Source: Acidobacteriota bacterium (GTDB taxonomy: Bacteria > Acidobacteriota > Thermoanaerobaculia > Gp7-AA8). Taken from it: a stretch of DNA of 36,807 bases. This document shows, piece after piece, positions 10,530 through 19,339 of the stretch (its first letter is position 1; each line of letters opens with the position of its first letter). A program made the translations under genes and the position numbers. The stretch spans positions 1 through 36,807 of the forward strand of contig JAFATB010000003.1 of the NCBI GenBank assembly GCA_019244185.1, written 5' to 3'. The notes beneath the pieces are model-generated. The model worked only from the letters and a program-made list of their open reading frames with translations, did no database searches and was not told the DNA's origin.

Positions 10530-10585
10530 AAGGTCGCTCTCTCAAGATGTAATTCGAGCGACCCTTCACCGGGCCGCTTTTTTTT
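10529..10585 (+). promoter_or_regulatory. Attenuator: mutually exclusive antiterminator and intrinsic terminator upstream of hen1
   Basis: A=GAAGGTCGCTC (10529-10539) pairs with B=GAGCGACCCTTC (10556-10567), 11 bp with one bulge. Alternatively B pairs with GGGCCGCTT (10571-10579), followed by T8 (10578-10585). Confidence 0.7.
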
Positions 10586-10597
10586 GGTCTGAACAAC

Positions 10598-11992
10598 ATG
10601 CTCCTGACAATCACCACCACGCATCGCCCGGCTACGGATCTGGGCTACCTGCTGCACAAGAACCCGGCGCGCCTGCACCGGATCGAGCTCGCGTTCGGAG
10701 AGGCGTACGTCGCATATCCCGAGGCGACCGAAGAGCGTTGCACGGCCGCCTTGGTCGTCGACGTCGATACCGTGGGCCTCGTGCGACGCGCGTCGGGAGA
10801 GCCTTCGCTCTTCCAGTACGTGAACGATCGTCCGTACGCCGCGAGCTCGTTTCTGAGCGTTGCGATGGTCAACGCGTTCCGCACCGCGATGGCGGGGCGG
10901 AGCAAGGACCGGCCGGAGCTCGTGGCCACGCCATTCCCGCTCGAACTGCGGATCGTCGGACTGCCGTGCCGCGGCGGCGAGGCGATCCTTCGTCAACTGT
11001 TCGAGCCGCTCGGATACGAAGTCGACGCTGAGCAGTTGCCGCTCGACGAGCGCTTCCCGGAATGGGGCGGCAGCCGTTTTTTCAACGTCACGCTGCGGGC
11101 GAACGTCACGGTGCGCGACGCGCTGTCGCATCTCTATGTCTGCATTCCCGTGCTCGATGCGGAAAAGCATTACTGGGTGGGCGACGACGAGGTCGACAAG
11201 CTCCTGCGTCACGGCGCGGGGTGGCTCGCCGCGCATCCGCATCGGAACGCCATCGCCCGTCGCTACCTCAAGCACAAGAAGGCGCTGGTCCGCGATGCGG
11301 TGCAGCGTCTCGTGCAGCAGGACATGGAGGAGGAAGACGAGCAGCAGGAGGCGAAAGCCGCCGAAGAGGAGACCATCGAGAAGAAGGTCAGCCTCAACGA
11401 GCGGCGTATGACGCGCGTGCTCGAGGCGCTCCGGGAGCACGGTGCGACCAGCGTCATCGACCTCGGATGCGGCGAAGGGCGGTTGCTGCGCAGCCTCATG
11501 CAGGAGCGCGCGTTCACGAAAGTCGGTGGCATGGACGTTTCGACGCGCGCGCTCGAGATCGCGCGGGAGAAGCTGCGCGTCGATACGATGCCGGAGCGGC
11601 AGCGCGCGAAGCTCGCGCTTTTTCAGGGCTCGCTCGTCTATCGCGACAAAAGGCTGCGCGAGTACGACGCGGCGACCGCCGTGGAGGTCATCGAGCATCT
11701 CGATCCCCTGCGCCTGTCCGCGTTCGAGCGCGTGGTCTTCGGCGAAACGCAGCCGCGACTGATGATCGTCACGACGCCGAACGTCGAATACAACGTCCGC
11801 TTCGAGTCGCTGCCGGCCGGCCGGCTGCGCCACCGCGATCATCGCTTCGAATGGACGCGTGCGGAGTTCCGCGCATGGGCCGCCCGTGTGGCGACGACGT
11901 ACGGCTACGCATGCGAATGGCTGCCGATCGGCGATGAGGATGCCGACGTCGGACCGCCGACGCAGATGGCCGTGTTCACGAGGACCGTATGA
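10598..11992 (+). CDS. hen1: 3'-terminal RNA ribose 2'-O-methyltransferase Hen1
   Basis: MLLTITTTHRPATDLGYLLHKNP N-domain; YVNDRPY, KHYWVG, DLGCGEG, EVIEH and RHRDHRFEW motifs. Confidence 0.96.
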   Translation: MLLTITTTHRPATDLGYLLHKNPARLHRIELAFGEAYVAYPEATEERCTAALVVDVDTVGLVRRASGEPSLFQYVNDRPYAASSFLSVAMVNAFRTAMAGRSKDRPELVATPFPLELRIVGLPCRGGEAILRQLFEPLGYEVDAEQLPLDERFPEWGGSRFFNVTLRANVTVRDALSHLYVCIPVLDAEKHYWVGDDEVDKLLRHGAGWLAAHPHRNAIARRYLKHKKALVRDAVQRLVQQDMEEEDEQQEAKAAEEETIEKKVSLNERRMTRVLEALREHGATSVIDLGCGEGRLLRSLMQERAFTKVGGMDVSTRALEIAREKLRVDTMPERQRAKLALFQGSLVYRDKRLREYDAATAVEVIEHLDPLRLSAFERVVFGETQPRLMIVTTPNVEYNVRFESLPAGRLRHRDHRFEWTRAEFRAWAARVATTYGYACEWLPIGDEDADVGPPTQMAVFTRTV

Positions 11993-14559
11993 AGATTCCT
12001 GAGCTTTCCCTTGTCACGCTGATCGGCGCATCCGGTTCCGGTAAGTCGTCGTTCGCGCGACGTCACTTCAAGCCGACGGAAGTCGTCTCGTCCGACTTTT
12101 GCCGCGGACTCGTGTCCGACGACGAGAATGATCAGGCGGCGTCCCAGGACGCATTCGACCTGCTGTACACGATCGTGCGCAAACGACTCGCGCGCGGGCA
12201 CCTGACCGTCGTCGATGCGACGAACGTGGAGGAGAGTGCCCGCAGGCAGCTCGTCGCGATCGCGCGCGAATACCACGTGCTGCCGGTGGCGATCGTGCTC
12301 GACGTGCCGGAGCGAATCTGCCACGACCGCAATGCGTCGCGCGCGGACCGGCAGTTCGGCCCGCACGTCATCCGCCGTCAGACCGGTGCGTTGCGCCGTT
12401 CGCTCCGCAACCTCGGCCGGGAGGGCTTCCGCTATGCGTACGTCCTGCGGTCGGTGGAGGAAATCGACGCTGCGCAGTTCGTCCGCGAGCCGCTCTACAA
12501 CAACCGCAAGCACGAGCATGGACCGTTCGACCTCATCGGCGACGTGCATGGCTGCTACGACGAGCTGGTCGCGCTCCTCGATCGCCTGGGCTACGAGCGG
12601 ACGGAATCCGGGCTGCGCCATCCCGCGGGACGCAAGGCCGTGCTTCTCGGCGATCTCGTCGACCGCGGCCCGAAGACGCCCGAGGTGCTCGAGCTCGTGA
12701 TGCAGATGGTCCAGGATGAGGCGGCGCTCGCGGTACCGGGCAATCACGACATCAAGCTGATGCGTGCGCTGCAGGGGAAGAAGGTGAAGGTCACGCACGG
12801 CCTCGCTGAATCTCTCGAGCAGCTCGCGCAGCGCCCGCCCGAGTTCCGCGAGCGCGTCGTGTCGTTCATCGACTCGCTGGTCAGCCACTTCGTGCTGGAC
12901 GATGGGCGGCTCGTGGTGGCGCATGCAGGCATGAAGCAGGAGATGCAGGGTCGTGGCTCGGGTCGCGTGCGCGAGTTCGCGCTCTTCGGCGAGACCACCG
13001 GTGAGACCGATGAGTTCGGACTGCCGGTCCGCTACAACTGGGCCGCCGATTACCGTGGCCGCGCGCTCGTCGTCTACGGCCACACGCCGGTCGGCGAGCC
13101 GGAGTGGCTCAACTCGACGATCTGCATCGACACCGGCTGCGTGTTCGGCGGCAGGCTGACGGCGTTGCGTTACCCGGAGCGCGAGCTCCTCTCCGTGGAG
13201 GCTGCGCGCATGTACTACGAGCCCGCGAAGCCGTTGGCAGCGACGATCGAGGACGCGCACGCCAGCGGTGCCGCGCCGCGCCGGCGATCCGCACAGCAGG
13301 AGCTCGACGATGTGCTCGATCTCGAGGATGTCTCCGGAAAGCACATCATCGCGACGTCGCTGAAGCAGAACGTCGTGATCCGTGAGGAGAACGCGATGGC
13401 GGCGCTCGAAGTGATGAGCCGCTTCGCGGCGAATCCGAAATGGCTCGTGTACCTGCCGCCGACGATGTCGCCCAGCGACACGTCGAAGCGCGAGGGATTG
13501 CTCGAGCATCCTGAGGACGCCTTCGCGTACTTTCGCGCGTCGGGCGTGGCGAAGGTCGTGTGCGAAGAGAAGCACATGGGCTCGCGCGCGGTGGTCGTGG
13601 TGTGCCGCGATGAAGATGTCGCGCGTCGCCGTTTCGGCGTCGACGGTGAGGGCATCGGCATCGTCTACACGCGCACCGGCCGGCGTTTTTTCAGCGATTC
13701 CATGCTCCCACTCGAAGCGGAGCTCCTCGCGCATCTGCGCGATGCATTGACGCGGAACGACGCGTGGTCAGGCTTCTCGACCGATTGGTTCGTCCTGGAC
13801 TGCGAGCTGATGCCGTGGTCCGTGAAGGCGGAGGATCTCGTGCGCGGACAGTACGCCTCCGTCGGCGCGGTTGCCGGCGCGGCGATGCATGCGGCACGCG
13901 AGGTCTTTCGGGCGTCCGCCACGCGGGTCGGGGAAGCGGCGGCCGTTGCGGAGGCATTCGACGCGCGTGCGGCGATGGTCTCGCAATACGTCGACGCGTA
14001 CCGTCGCTACTGCTGGCCGGTGAGCTCGCTGCTCGACGTGCGTCTCGCGCCGTTCCACGTTCTCGCGACGGAAGGCGCGGCACACGCCGGCAGGGATCAC
14101 GTGTGGCACATGGAGTCGATCGGCGCCATGATCGCCGGCGACGAGACCGGCATTCTCATGGCGACGCCGTATCGAGTCGTCGACCTCGCGGACGATGCGA
14201 GTGTCGCCGCCGCGACGGAGTGGTGGGAATCGATGACGGCGCGCGGCGGCGAAGGGATGGTCGTGAAGCCGCTCGACTTCATCGCGCGCAATGCGCGCGG
14301 CCTCGTGCAGCCGGCGGTGAAGTGTCGCGGCCCGGAGTACCTGCGCATCATCTACGGTCCTGAGTACTCGGCACCGCACAATCTGCCGCGCCTGCGCGCA
14401 CGCCGTCTCGGCGGCAAGCGATCGCTGGCGCTGCGGGAGTTCGCTCTCGGCGTCGAGGCGTTGCAGCGCTTCGTCGCGCGCGAGCCGCTGCGGCGCGTGC
14501 ACGAATGCGTGTTCGGCGTGCTGGCGCTCGAGAGCGAACCGGTCGATCCGCGGCTGTAA
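11989..14559 (+). CDS. pnkp: Polynucleotide kinase-phosphatase-ligase Pnkp
   Basis: P-loop GASGSGKS; metallophosphatase GDVHG, GDLVDRG and GNHD; ligase EEKHMGSR, EGMVVKP and C-terminal EPVDPRL; ATGA overlap with hen1. Confidence 0.96.
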   Translation: MKIPELSLVTLIGASGSGKSSFARRHFKPTEVVSSDFCRGLVSDDENDQAASQDAFDLLYTIVRKRLARGHLTVVDATNVEESARRQLVAIAREYHVLPVAIVLDVPERICHDRNASRADRQFGPHVIRRQTGALRRSLRNLGREGFRYAYVLRSVEEIDAAQFVREPLYNNRKHEHGPFDLIGDVHGCYDELVALLDRLGYERTESGLRHPAGRKAVLLGDLVDRGPKTPEVLELVMQMVQDEAALAVPGNHDIKLMRALQGKKVKVTHGLAESLEQLAQRPPEFRERVVSFIDSLVSHFVLDDGRLVVAHAGMKQEMQGRGSGRVREFALFGETTGETDEFGLPVRYNWAADYRGRALVVYGHTPVGEPEWLNSTICIDTGCVFGGRLTALRYPERELLSVEAARMYYEPAKPLAATIEDAHASGAAPRRRSAQQELDDVLDLEDVSGKHIIATSLKQNVVIREENAMAALEVMSRFAANPKWLVYLPPTMSPSDTSKREGLLEHPEDAFAYFRASGVAKVVCEEKHMGSRAVVVVCRDEDVARRRFGVDGEGIGIVYTRTGRRFFSDSMLPLEAELLAHLRDALTRNDAWSGFSTDWFVLDCELMPWSVKAEDLVRGQYASVGAVAGAAMHAAREVFRASATRVGEAAAVAEAFDARAAMVSQYVDAYRRYCWPVSSLLDVRLAPFHVLATEGAAHAGRDHVWHMESIGAMIAGDETGILMATPYRVVDLADDASVAAATEWWESMTARGGEGMVVKPLDFIARNARGLVQPAVKCRGPEYLRIIYGPEYSAPHNLPRLRARRLGGKRSLALREFALGVEALQRFVAREPLRRVHECVFGVLALESEPVDPRL

Positions 14560-14585
14560 GGGGAGTAGCCTCGCGGCTACTCCCC
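14560..14585. terminator. Perfect 11-bp hairpin immediately after the pnkp stop
   Basis: GGGGAGTAGCC-TCGC-GGCTACTCCCC; no U-tract on either side. Confidence 0.6.
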
Positions 14586-14596
14586 CTCGTACGCCC

Positions 14597-14713
14597 GTCG
14601 GGCGTGTAGTCGTTGATCGTGTTGATCTTCGAGTTCGGAAAGATCGAGACGTAGAGGCGCGCGACGTCTTCGGCCTGGCTGTCGAACCGCAGATTCGGAG
14701 TGATGCGGTTCAT
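14597..14713 (-). pseudogene. 5' remnant of a VOC/PhnB (3-demethylubiquinone-9 3-methyltransferase-like) gene
   Basis: [30 protein letters not shown] resembles the family N-terminus; AAAGGA RBS. Similarity stops after about 39 codons, next to the post-pnkp hairpin. The end coordinate is approximate. Confidence 0.75.
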
Positions 14714-14753
14714 CGGAGTCCTTTCTTCGCGTGGTGATGCGTTCACCACAAGA

Positions 14754-14780
14754 GACTCCGGCGCGCGCGAAAACTCATCG
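14754..14780 (-). promoter_or_regulatory. ECF-sigma-type promoter CGATGA-N18-GTC
   Basis: Minus strand reads CGATGA GTTTTCGCGCGCGCCGGA GTC, upstream of the VOC remnant; matches the site at 16136. Confidence 0.65.
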
Positions 14781-14814
14781 GTCGGTCGCAAAGAAATTTG
14801 CCAGAATGCCGCGC

Positions 14815-16113
14815 ATGCATCGCTGCCGCGTTCTCGTCGCCGTTCTCGCCGTGCTCTCGATGGTGTCCGCGTTCGCGGCGACACCATCAACGAGCTACCT
14901 CCTGCGGCCGCAGCGCGTGTTCGACGCGCAATCATCCGCGACGCATGACGGGTGGGTGGTGCTCGTCACCGGCGAGACGATTGCGGCCGTGGGGCCGGCG
15001 GCGAGCGTGAACGCGCCGGCGGGGACGACGACCATCGACCTGCCGGGCATGACGCTGCTGCCCGGCCTCATCGACGCGCACTCGCACATCTTTCTGCATC
15101 CGTACAGCGAGACGCTCTGGAACGATCAGGTGCTGCACGAGGCGGTCGCGTATCGCACGATCGCGGCGACGCTGCACGCTCGCGACACGCTCCTCGCCGG
15201 CTTCACGGTGCTGCGCGATCTCGGCACCGAGGGCGCGGGATTCAGCGACGTCGCGGTGAAACAGGCCATCGACGAAGGTCGCATTCCGGGGCCGCGGCTC
15301 TTCGTCGCCACGCGCGCGATCGTCGCCACCGCGAGTTACGGGCCGGGGCCGGGCGGCTTCGCGCCGGAGTTCGATCCAGGCGCGCGCGGGGCGCAGGAGG
15401 CGAGCGGCGCGCCGGAGATCCTGCGCGCGGTGCGCGAGCAGATCGGCCACGGCGCCGATTGGGTGAAGGTCTACGCCGACTACGGCCGCGGCGGCAGTCC
15501 GGCCACGCCGACGTTCTCATTGGACGAGCTGAAGACGCTCGTCGACGAGGCGCACAGCGCGGGACGTCCCGTCGCCGCGCACGCGACGACGGCGGAAGGC
15601 ATGCGCCGCGCGACGCTCGCCGGCGTCGACACGATCGAGCACGGCTACGGCGGCACCGACGAGGTCTTCAAGCTCATGGCCGCGCACGGCGTCGCGTATC
15701 TGCCGACGCTCACCGCCGAGGAGGCGTACTCCGAGTACTTTCAAAACTACAAGCGCGGCGCGAAGCCGTACACCGCGTCGATGGACAAGGCGCTCAACGC
15801 GTTCCGGCTCGCACTGGCGAACAACGTGACCATCGGCTGCGGCAGCGACGTCGGCGTGTTCTCGCACGGGACGAACTACCGCGAGCTCGAATGGATGGTG
15901 CGCGGCGGCATGACGCCGGCGCAGGCGCTCCTCGCGGCGACGTCGGTCGACGCGAAGATCCTTCGCCAGCAGGACCGCTTCGGCCGCATCGCGCCGGGAC
16001 TCTTCGCGGATCTCATCGCCGTCGCCGGCGATCCGACGCAGGACATCACCGCCGTCGAGCACGTCGCGTTCGTGATGAAGGGCGGACAGGTGTTCGTCGC
16101 ACCGCGCCGCTGA
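14815..16113 (+). CDS. Secreted metal-dependent amidohydrolase (Xaa-Pro dipeptidase-like)
   Basis: Signal peptide; [32 protein letters not shown] and GSDVG motifs. The start could be 14806. Confidence 0.9.
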   Translation: MHRCRVLVAVLAVLSMVSAFAATPSTSYLLRPQRVFDAQSSATHDGWVVLVTGETIAAVGPAASVNAPAGTTTIDLPGMTLLPGLIDAHSHIFLHPYSETLWNDQVLHEAVAYRTIAATLHARDTLLAGFTVLRDLGTEGAGFSDVAVKQAIDEGRIPGPRLFVATRAIVATASYGPGPGGFAPEFDPGARGAQEASGAPEILRAVREQIGHGADWVKVYADYGRGGSPATPTFSLDELKTLVDEAHSAGRPVAAHATTAEGMRRATLAGVDTIEHGYGGTDEVFKLMAAHGVAYLPTLTAEEAYSEYFQNYKRGAKPYTASMDKALNAFRLALANNVTIGCGSDVGVFSHGTNYRELEWMVRGGMTPAQALLAATSVDAKILRQQDRFGRIAPGLFADLIAVAGDPTQDITAVEHVAFVMKGGQVFVAPRR

Positions 16114-16135
16114 TCGAAAAAAGTTTTCGCGGCGC

Positions 16136-16162
16136 CGATGAGTTTTCCGCGCGGCCGCGGTC
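16136..16162 (+). promoter_or_regulatory. ECF-sigma-type promoter CGATGA-N18-GTC
   Basis: CGATGA GTTTTCCGCGCGGCCGCG GTC, 22 nt before the ATG of the VOC gene. Confidence 0.65.
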
Positions 16163-16184
16163 TATGCACAACGGAGGAAGAAGA

Positions 16185-16577
16185 ATGGACAGCGTGGTTC
16201 ACTTCGAAATGCCCTACGAAAACCGCGACCGCATGAAGTCGTTCTACGAGACGGCGTTCGGCTGGCAGACGCAGACGCTCGGCCCGGAGATGGGGAACTA
16301 CGTCGTGGTGACGACGACGGAGACCGACGCGCAGCGGATGCCGAAGAACCCCGGCGCGATCAACGGCGGCTTCTACGCGCGCACGGACGATCCGGCCAGC
16401 AATAATCCGTCGGTCGTGATCTCGGTCAGCGACATTCACGACACCGTCCGCAGGATCGCCGCCGGCGGCGGCACGCTCCTCGGCGAGCCGATGGAGATTC
16501 CCGGCATCGGCATGTACGCGTCGTTCCGCGATACCGAGGGGAATCGCGTCGGCGCGCTGCAGCCGTTCCCGCGTTGA
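16185..16577 (+). CDS. VOC/glyoxalase family protein
   Basis: GGAGG RBS; VVHFEMP, FYETAFGW, GAINGG and FRDTEGNRV motifs. Confidence 0.92.
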   Translation: MDSVVHFEMPYENRDRMKSFYETAFGWQTQTLGPEMGNYVVVTTTETDAQRMPKNPGAINGGFYARTDDPASNNPSVVISVSDIHDTVRRIAAGGGTLLGEPMEIPGIGMYASFRDTEGNRVGALQPFPR

Positions 16578-16594
16578 CGCGCGGCGCTTCGTTT

Positions 16595-18400
16595 TCAGCG
16601 CGCGGCGAGCGGATCCATCGACCGTATCGCCGCGCGCAGCTGCGCGTCGGTGAGCTTGTCGAGCTGCGGCAGCAGCGGCTTCGCCGCGTCGAGTCCGGCG
16701 ATCTCGCGCGCGTGCGCCTTCATCCACGCGACGAGTCCTTCGCCGATGCGGTGATTCGCCTTGCCGTGCGGCGTGTTCGCGCCGACGCCGCCGCCGAGGA
16801 TGCCGCCGGAGAGCGCGCGGCGCGGCGACGGCGCGAGCGCGACCTCGGAGAGCTTCGCGCGGAACTCCAGCTCCTCGCTGTCGTCGAGATGATCGTACTT
16901 GTGGTCGATCGCGTGGCGTCCCTCGTGCGCCCAGATCGACGACGCGAAGACGTCGTCGCGGACGCGCGCGAGGAACGCGTCGCGCAGCGCGTCGCCGGCC
17001 AGTCCCTTTGCGTGCAGCTCGGCGAGGAGCTCGTCGTTCGCCTGCATCCGCAGACGCGCGGCGAGGCCGGGGAACGGCGCGATCGGCGTCGTGCGTGCGA
17101 GCTCGTCGTCGCGCCGGGTCTGGTCCGCGACGTTCTTCGCGCGTTCGGCGCGCGCGGCCGGATCGGTGACGGCGAGCCACTCCGCGATCGCGCCGTCGGC
17201 GTATGCGGGCCGCACCTGATAGATGCCGGTCTCGTTCTGCCAGCCGCCGTCGCCGTTGTCGCCGTCGGTGGCCCATTCGAGAAAGCCGTTCGAGACCATC
17301 GCATCGAGCGCGAGGAAGCGCAGCCGCGCGCCGCGGCCGTACTGCTGCACGTCGCGGTTCTCGTCGACGATGATGTGGCCGAGGTGGAGATCGGGGACGC
17401 CGCCGGTCTTGCCGAGGTTTGCGTAGAGGCCGTAGCGGTGCGCGAGCTCGTCGGGCGTGAGGCCGAGCTTCTTCTGTTCGGCGACGAGCGCGTCGCGCAG
17501 CTCGTCCTGGCCGCGCGCGCCTCGCGCGACGCGGCGGTAGTGCGCTTCGGTGGCGTTTGCGACGGCGCGCAACGCGGCGGCATACGCGACGACCGCGTTC
17601 GACTCGCCGTCGTCGATGCGATCGGACGCGCATGGATCGTGGAGGACGTCCGCGGCCTCGTCGAAGAAGCGCGTGCCGGCGAGCGCGAGACCGATCGTGC
17701 GGCGTTGCGCGGCGGACGATGCGCTGCCGCGAAACGCCGGCAGTTCGGCGGCGAGCGTTGCGGCGGCGGAGGCGATGGCGTTCGGCGGCGGCGCGCCGGG
17801 CGTCACGCCGTAGTACCAGCGCCACGCGTCGAGCGCGGTGGCGCCGTCGCCCGCGAGGAGCGCGACGTCGAGCAAGGCGTGCGTGAGATCGAGGAACGGT
17901 CCGTCGCGCTCGATCGGGGCGCGCAGCATGGCGATCGTTTCGGTGAGCGCGGGATCGTTCGTGCAGCGTCCTGCGCGTCGCGCCTGTTGCAGCGGCAGCG
18001 TGACCGCGTGTGCGGCGGTGACGGCGGCGCGCACGCGCAGCTCGCGTCGCGTTGCGAGGCGCAGCGCGTCGAGCGCGGTTGCTCGCGCGCGAGCGAAGTC
18101 GCCGCGACGGAGCTCGCGACGCGCGCGTTCGGTGAGCGCGTCCGCGTCGGTGCGGTTTGCGAGCGTGCGTTCCGCGGCGGCGTCGTCGCCGAGGATCGCC
18201 CATTCGAGATGCGCGGCCTGCGCGGCGGCGCGGTTGCGCCGGTCGGGATCGGCGTCGCTCGTCATGGCCTGATGAAAGAGCTTCACCGCGCGCGTGAAGT
18301 CGTAGTCGGCGAGCGCGGTTTCCGCCGCGTCGTAAGGGGCCCGCGCGGCGCCCGAGCAGGCGGCGAGGAGGAGAAACGCGACGAGCGCGAGGCGACGCAT
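16595..18400 (-). CDS. Hypothetical lipoprotein, helical/TPR-like, with C-terminal HExxH motif
   Basis: MRRLALVAFLLLAAC lipobox; AHEGRHAID followed by ELEFRAKL. Confidence 0.75.
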   Translation of the reverse strand: MRRLALVAFLLLAACSGAARAPYDAAETALADYDFTRAVKLFHQAMTSDADPDRRNRAAAQAAHLEWAILGDDAAAERTLANRTDADALTERARRELRRGDFARARATALDALRLATRRELRVRAAVTAAHAVTLPLQQARRAGRCTNDPALTETIAMLRAPIERDGPFLDLTHALLDVALLAGDGATALDAWRWYYGVTPGAPPPNAIASAAATLAAELPAFRGSASSAAQRRTIGLALAGTRFFDEAADVLHDPCASDRIDDGESNAVVAYAAALRAVANATEAHYRRVARGARGQDELRDALVAEQKKLGLTPDELAHRYGLYANLGKTGGVPDLHLGHIIVDENRDVQQYGRGARLRFLALDAMVSNGFLEWATDGDNGDGGWQNETGIYQVRPAYADGAIAEWLAVTDPAARAERAKNVADQTRRDDELARTTPIAPFPGLAARLRMQANDELLAELHAKGLAGDALRDAFLARVRDDVFASSIWAHEGRHAIDHKYDHLDDSEELEFRAKLSEVALAPSPRRALSGGILGGGVGANTPHGKANHRIGEGLVAWMKAHAREIAGLDAAKPLLPQLDKLTDAQLRAAIRSMDPLAAR

Positions 18401-18464
18401 GATCATCGAGCGTACGCAAGCGTCCGCGGGGCGTCTTGAACGCGGCTTGCGTCGTGGAAGCGGA

Positions 18465-19268
18465 TCAGCGCGCGCGGCGGAACTCGCTCGGCGTCTGGCC
18501 GGTGAGGCGGCGAAACGTGCGCGCGAGGTGGCTCTGATCGGCGAAGCCGCAGTCGAGCGCGACCTCGCTCAGCGCGACGCCTGCGGCGATGCGGCGCTTG
18601 GCCTGCTCGACGCGCTGGTCGCGCACGAAGTCGCCGATCGTGCAGCCGTAGTGCTGGCGAAACGCGCGCGCGAGGTGCGCCGGATGCACGTCGAAGTGTG
18701 CGCCGAGCTCGCGGAGGCTGAGGTTTTCGGCGAAGCGCGACGCGACGAGCGCCCGCGCGGCGCGCAGCCACGCGGGCGCGTGATCCGTCGTCTCGCCGCG
18801 CCGCGCGATCTCGGCGAAGAGCTCGAGCAGCAGTCCTTCGATGACGAGCGGCGAGAGCGCGTCGCAGTCGCGCAGCTCGCGCAGCAGGCGCGCGCCGAGC
18901 GCGGCGACCGGCGGCACGTCGACGAGCGCGGGACGCGTGAACGCATCGCCACGCGTTGCGAGCGCATCGAGCCACGCGCGATCGAGTTCCACGTTCATGC
19001 AGCGCGCGGGATCGGCGAAGCGATCGGCGTGATCTTCGCCCGCGGGATGCACGACCAGCGCGCGCGGCGTGCAGTCGCGCGTCGTGCCGCGCAGCAACTC
19101 GCGATACGCGCCGCGTACGACGAACGTGAGATACGTCTCGTCGTGCGCGTGCCACGGCAATTCGCTGCCGCCCGCGTAGTCGGTCAGCGACAGCGTGAAG
19201 TAGCCGAACTGCTGAAACGTTTTCCGGCGGCCGAGGAACTCACCTCGAACAAGACGCGTGGCGCTCAC
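18465..19268 (-). CDS. AraC-family transcriptional regulator (cupin plus HTH)
   Basis: PWHAH cupin; VHPAHLARAFR and VALDCGFADQSHLARTFRRLTGQTPSEFR. Confidence 0.93.
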   Translation of the reverse strand: MSATRLVRGEFLGRRKTFQQFGYFTLSLTDYAGGSELPWHAHDETYLTFVVRGAYRELLRGTTRDCTPRALVVHPAGEDHADRFADPARCMNVELDRAWLDALATRGDAFTRPALVDVPPVAALGARLLRELRDCDALSPLVIEGLLLELFAEIARRGETTDHAPAWLRAARALVASRFAENLSLRELGAHFDVHPAHLARAFRQHYGCTIGDFVRDQRVEQAKRRIAAGVALSEVALDCGFADQSHLARTFRRLTGQTPSEFRRAR

Positions 19269-19339
19269 GAAAGTATTTTACGAAGCGCCTCCGCCGGAGT
19301 TGCGGATGCGAGCGTACGACGGCAGGGTAGGATTCGCGC

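Noticed and set aside
10405-14769. 16-bp direct repeat GACTCCGGCGCGCGCG at 10405-10420 and 14754-14769, bracketing leader-hen1-pnkp and the VOC remnant (possible att sites)
   Set aside because: Half of it is low-complexity CG repeat, a few chance 16-mers are expected in 37 kb of such biased DNA, both copies lie inside promoter elements, and no integrase is present. Worth revisiting only if relatives show an empty site with one copy.
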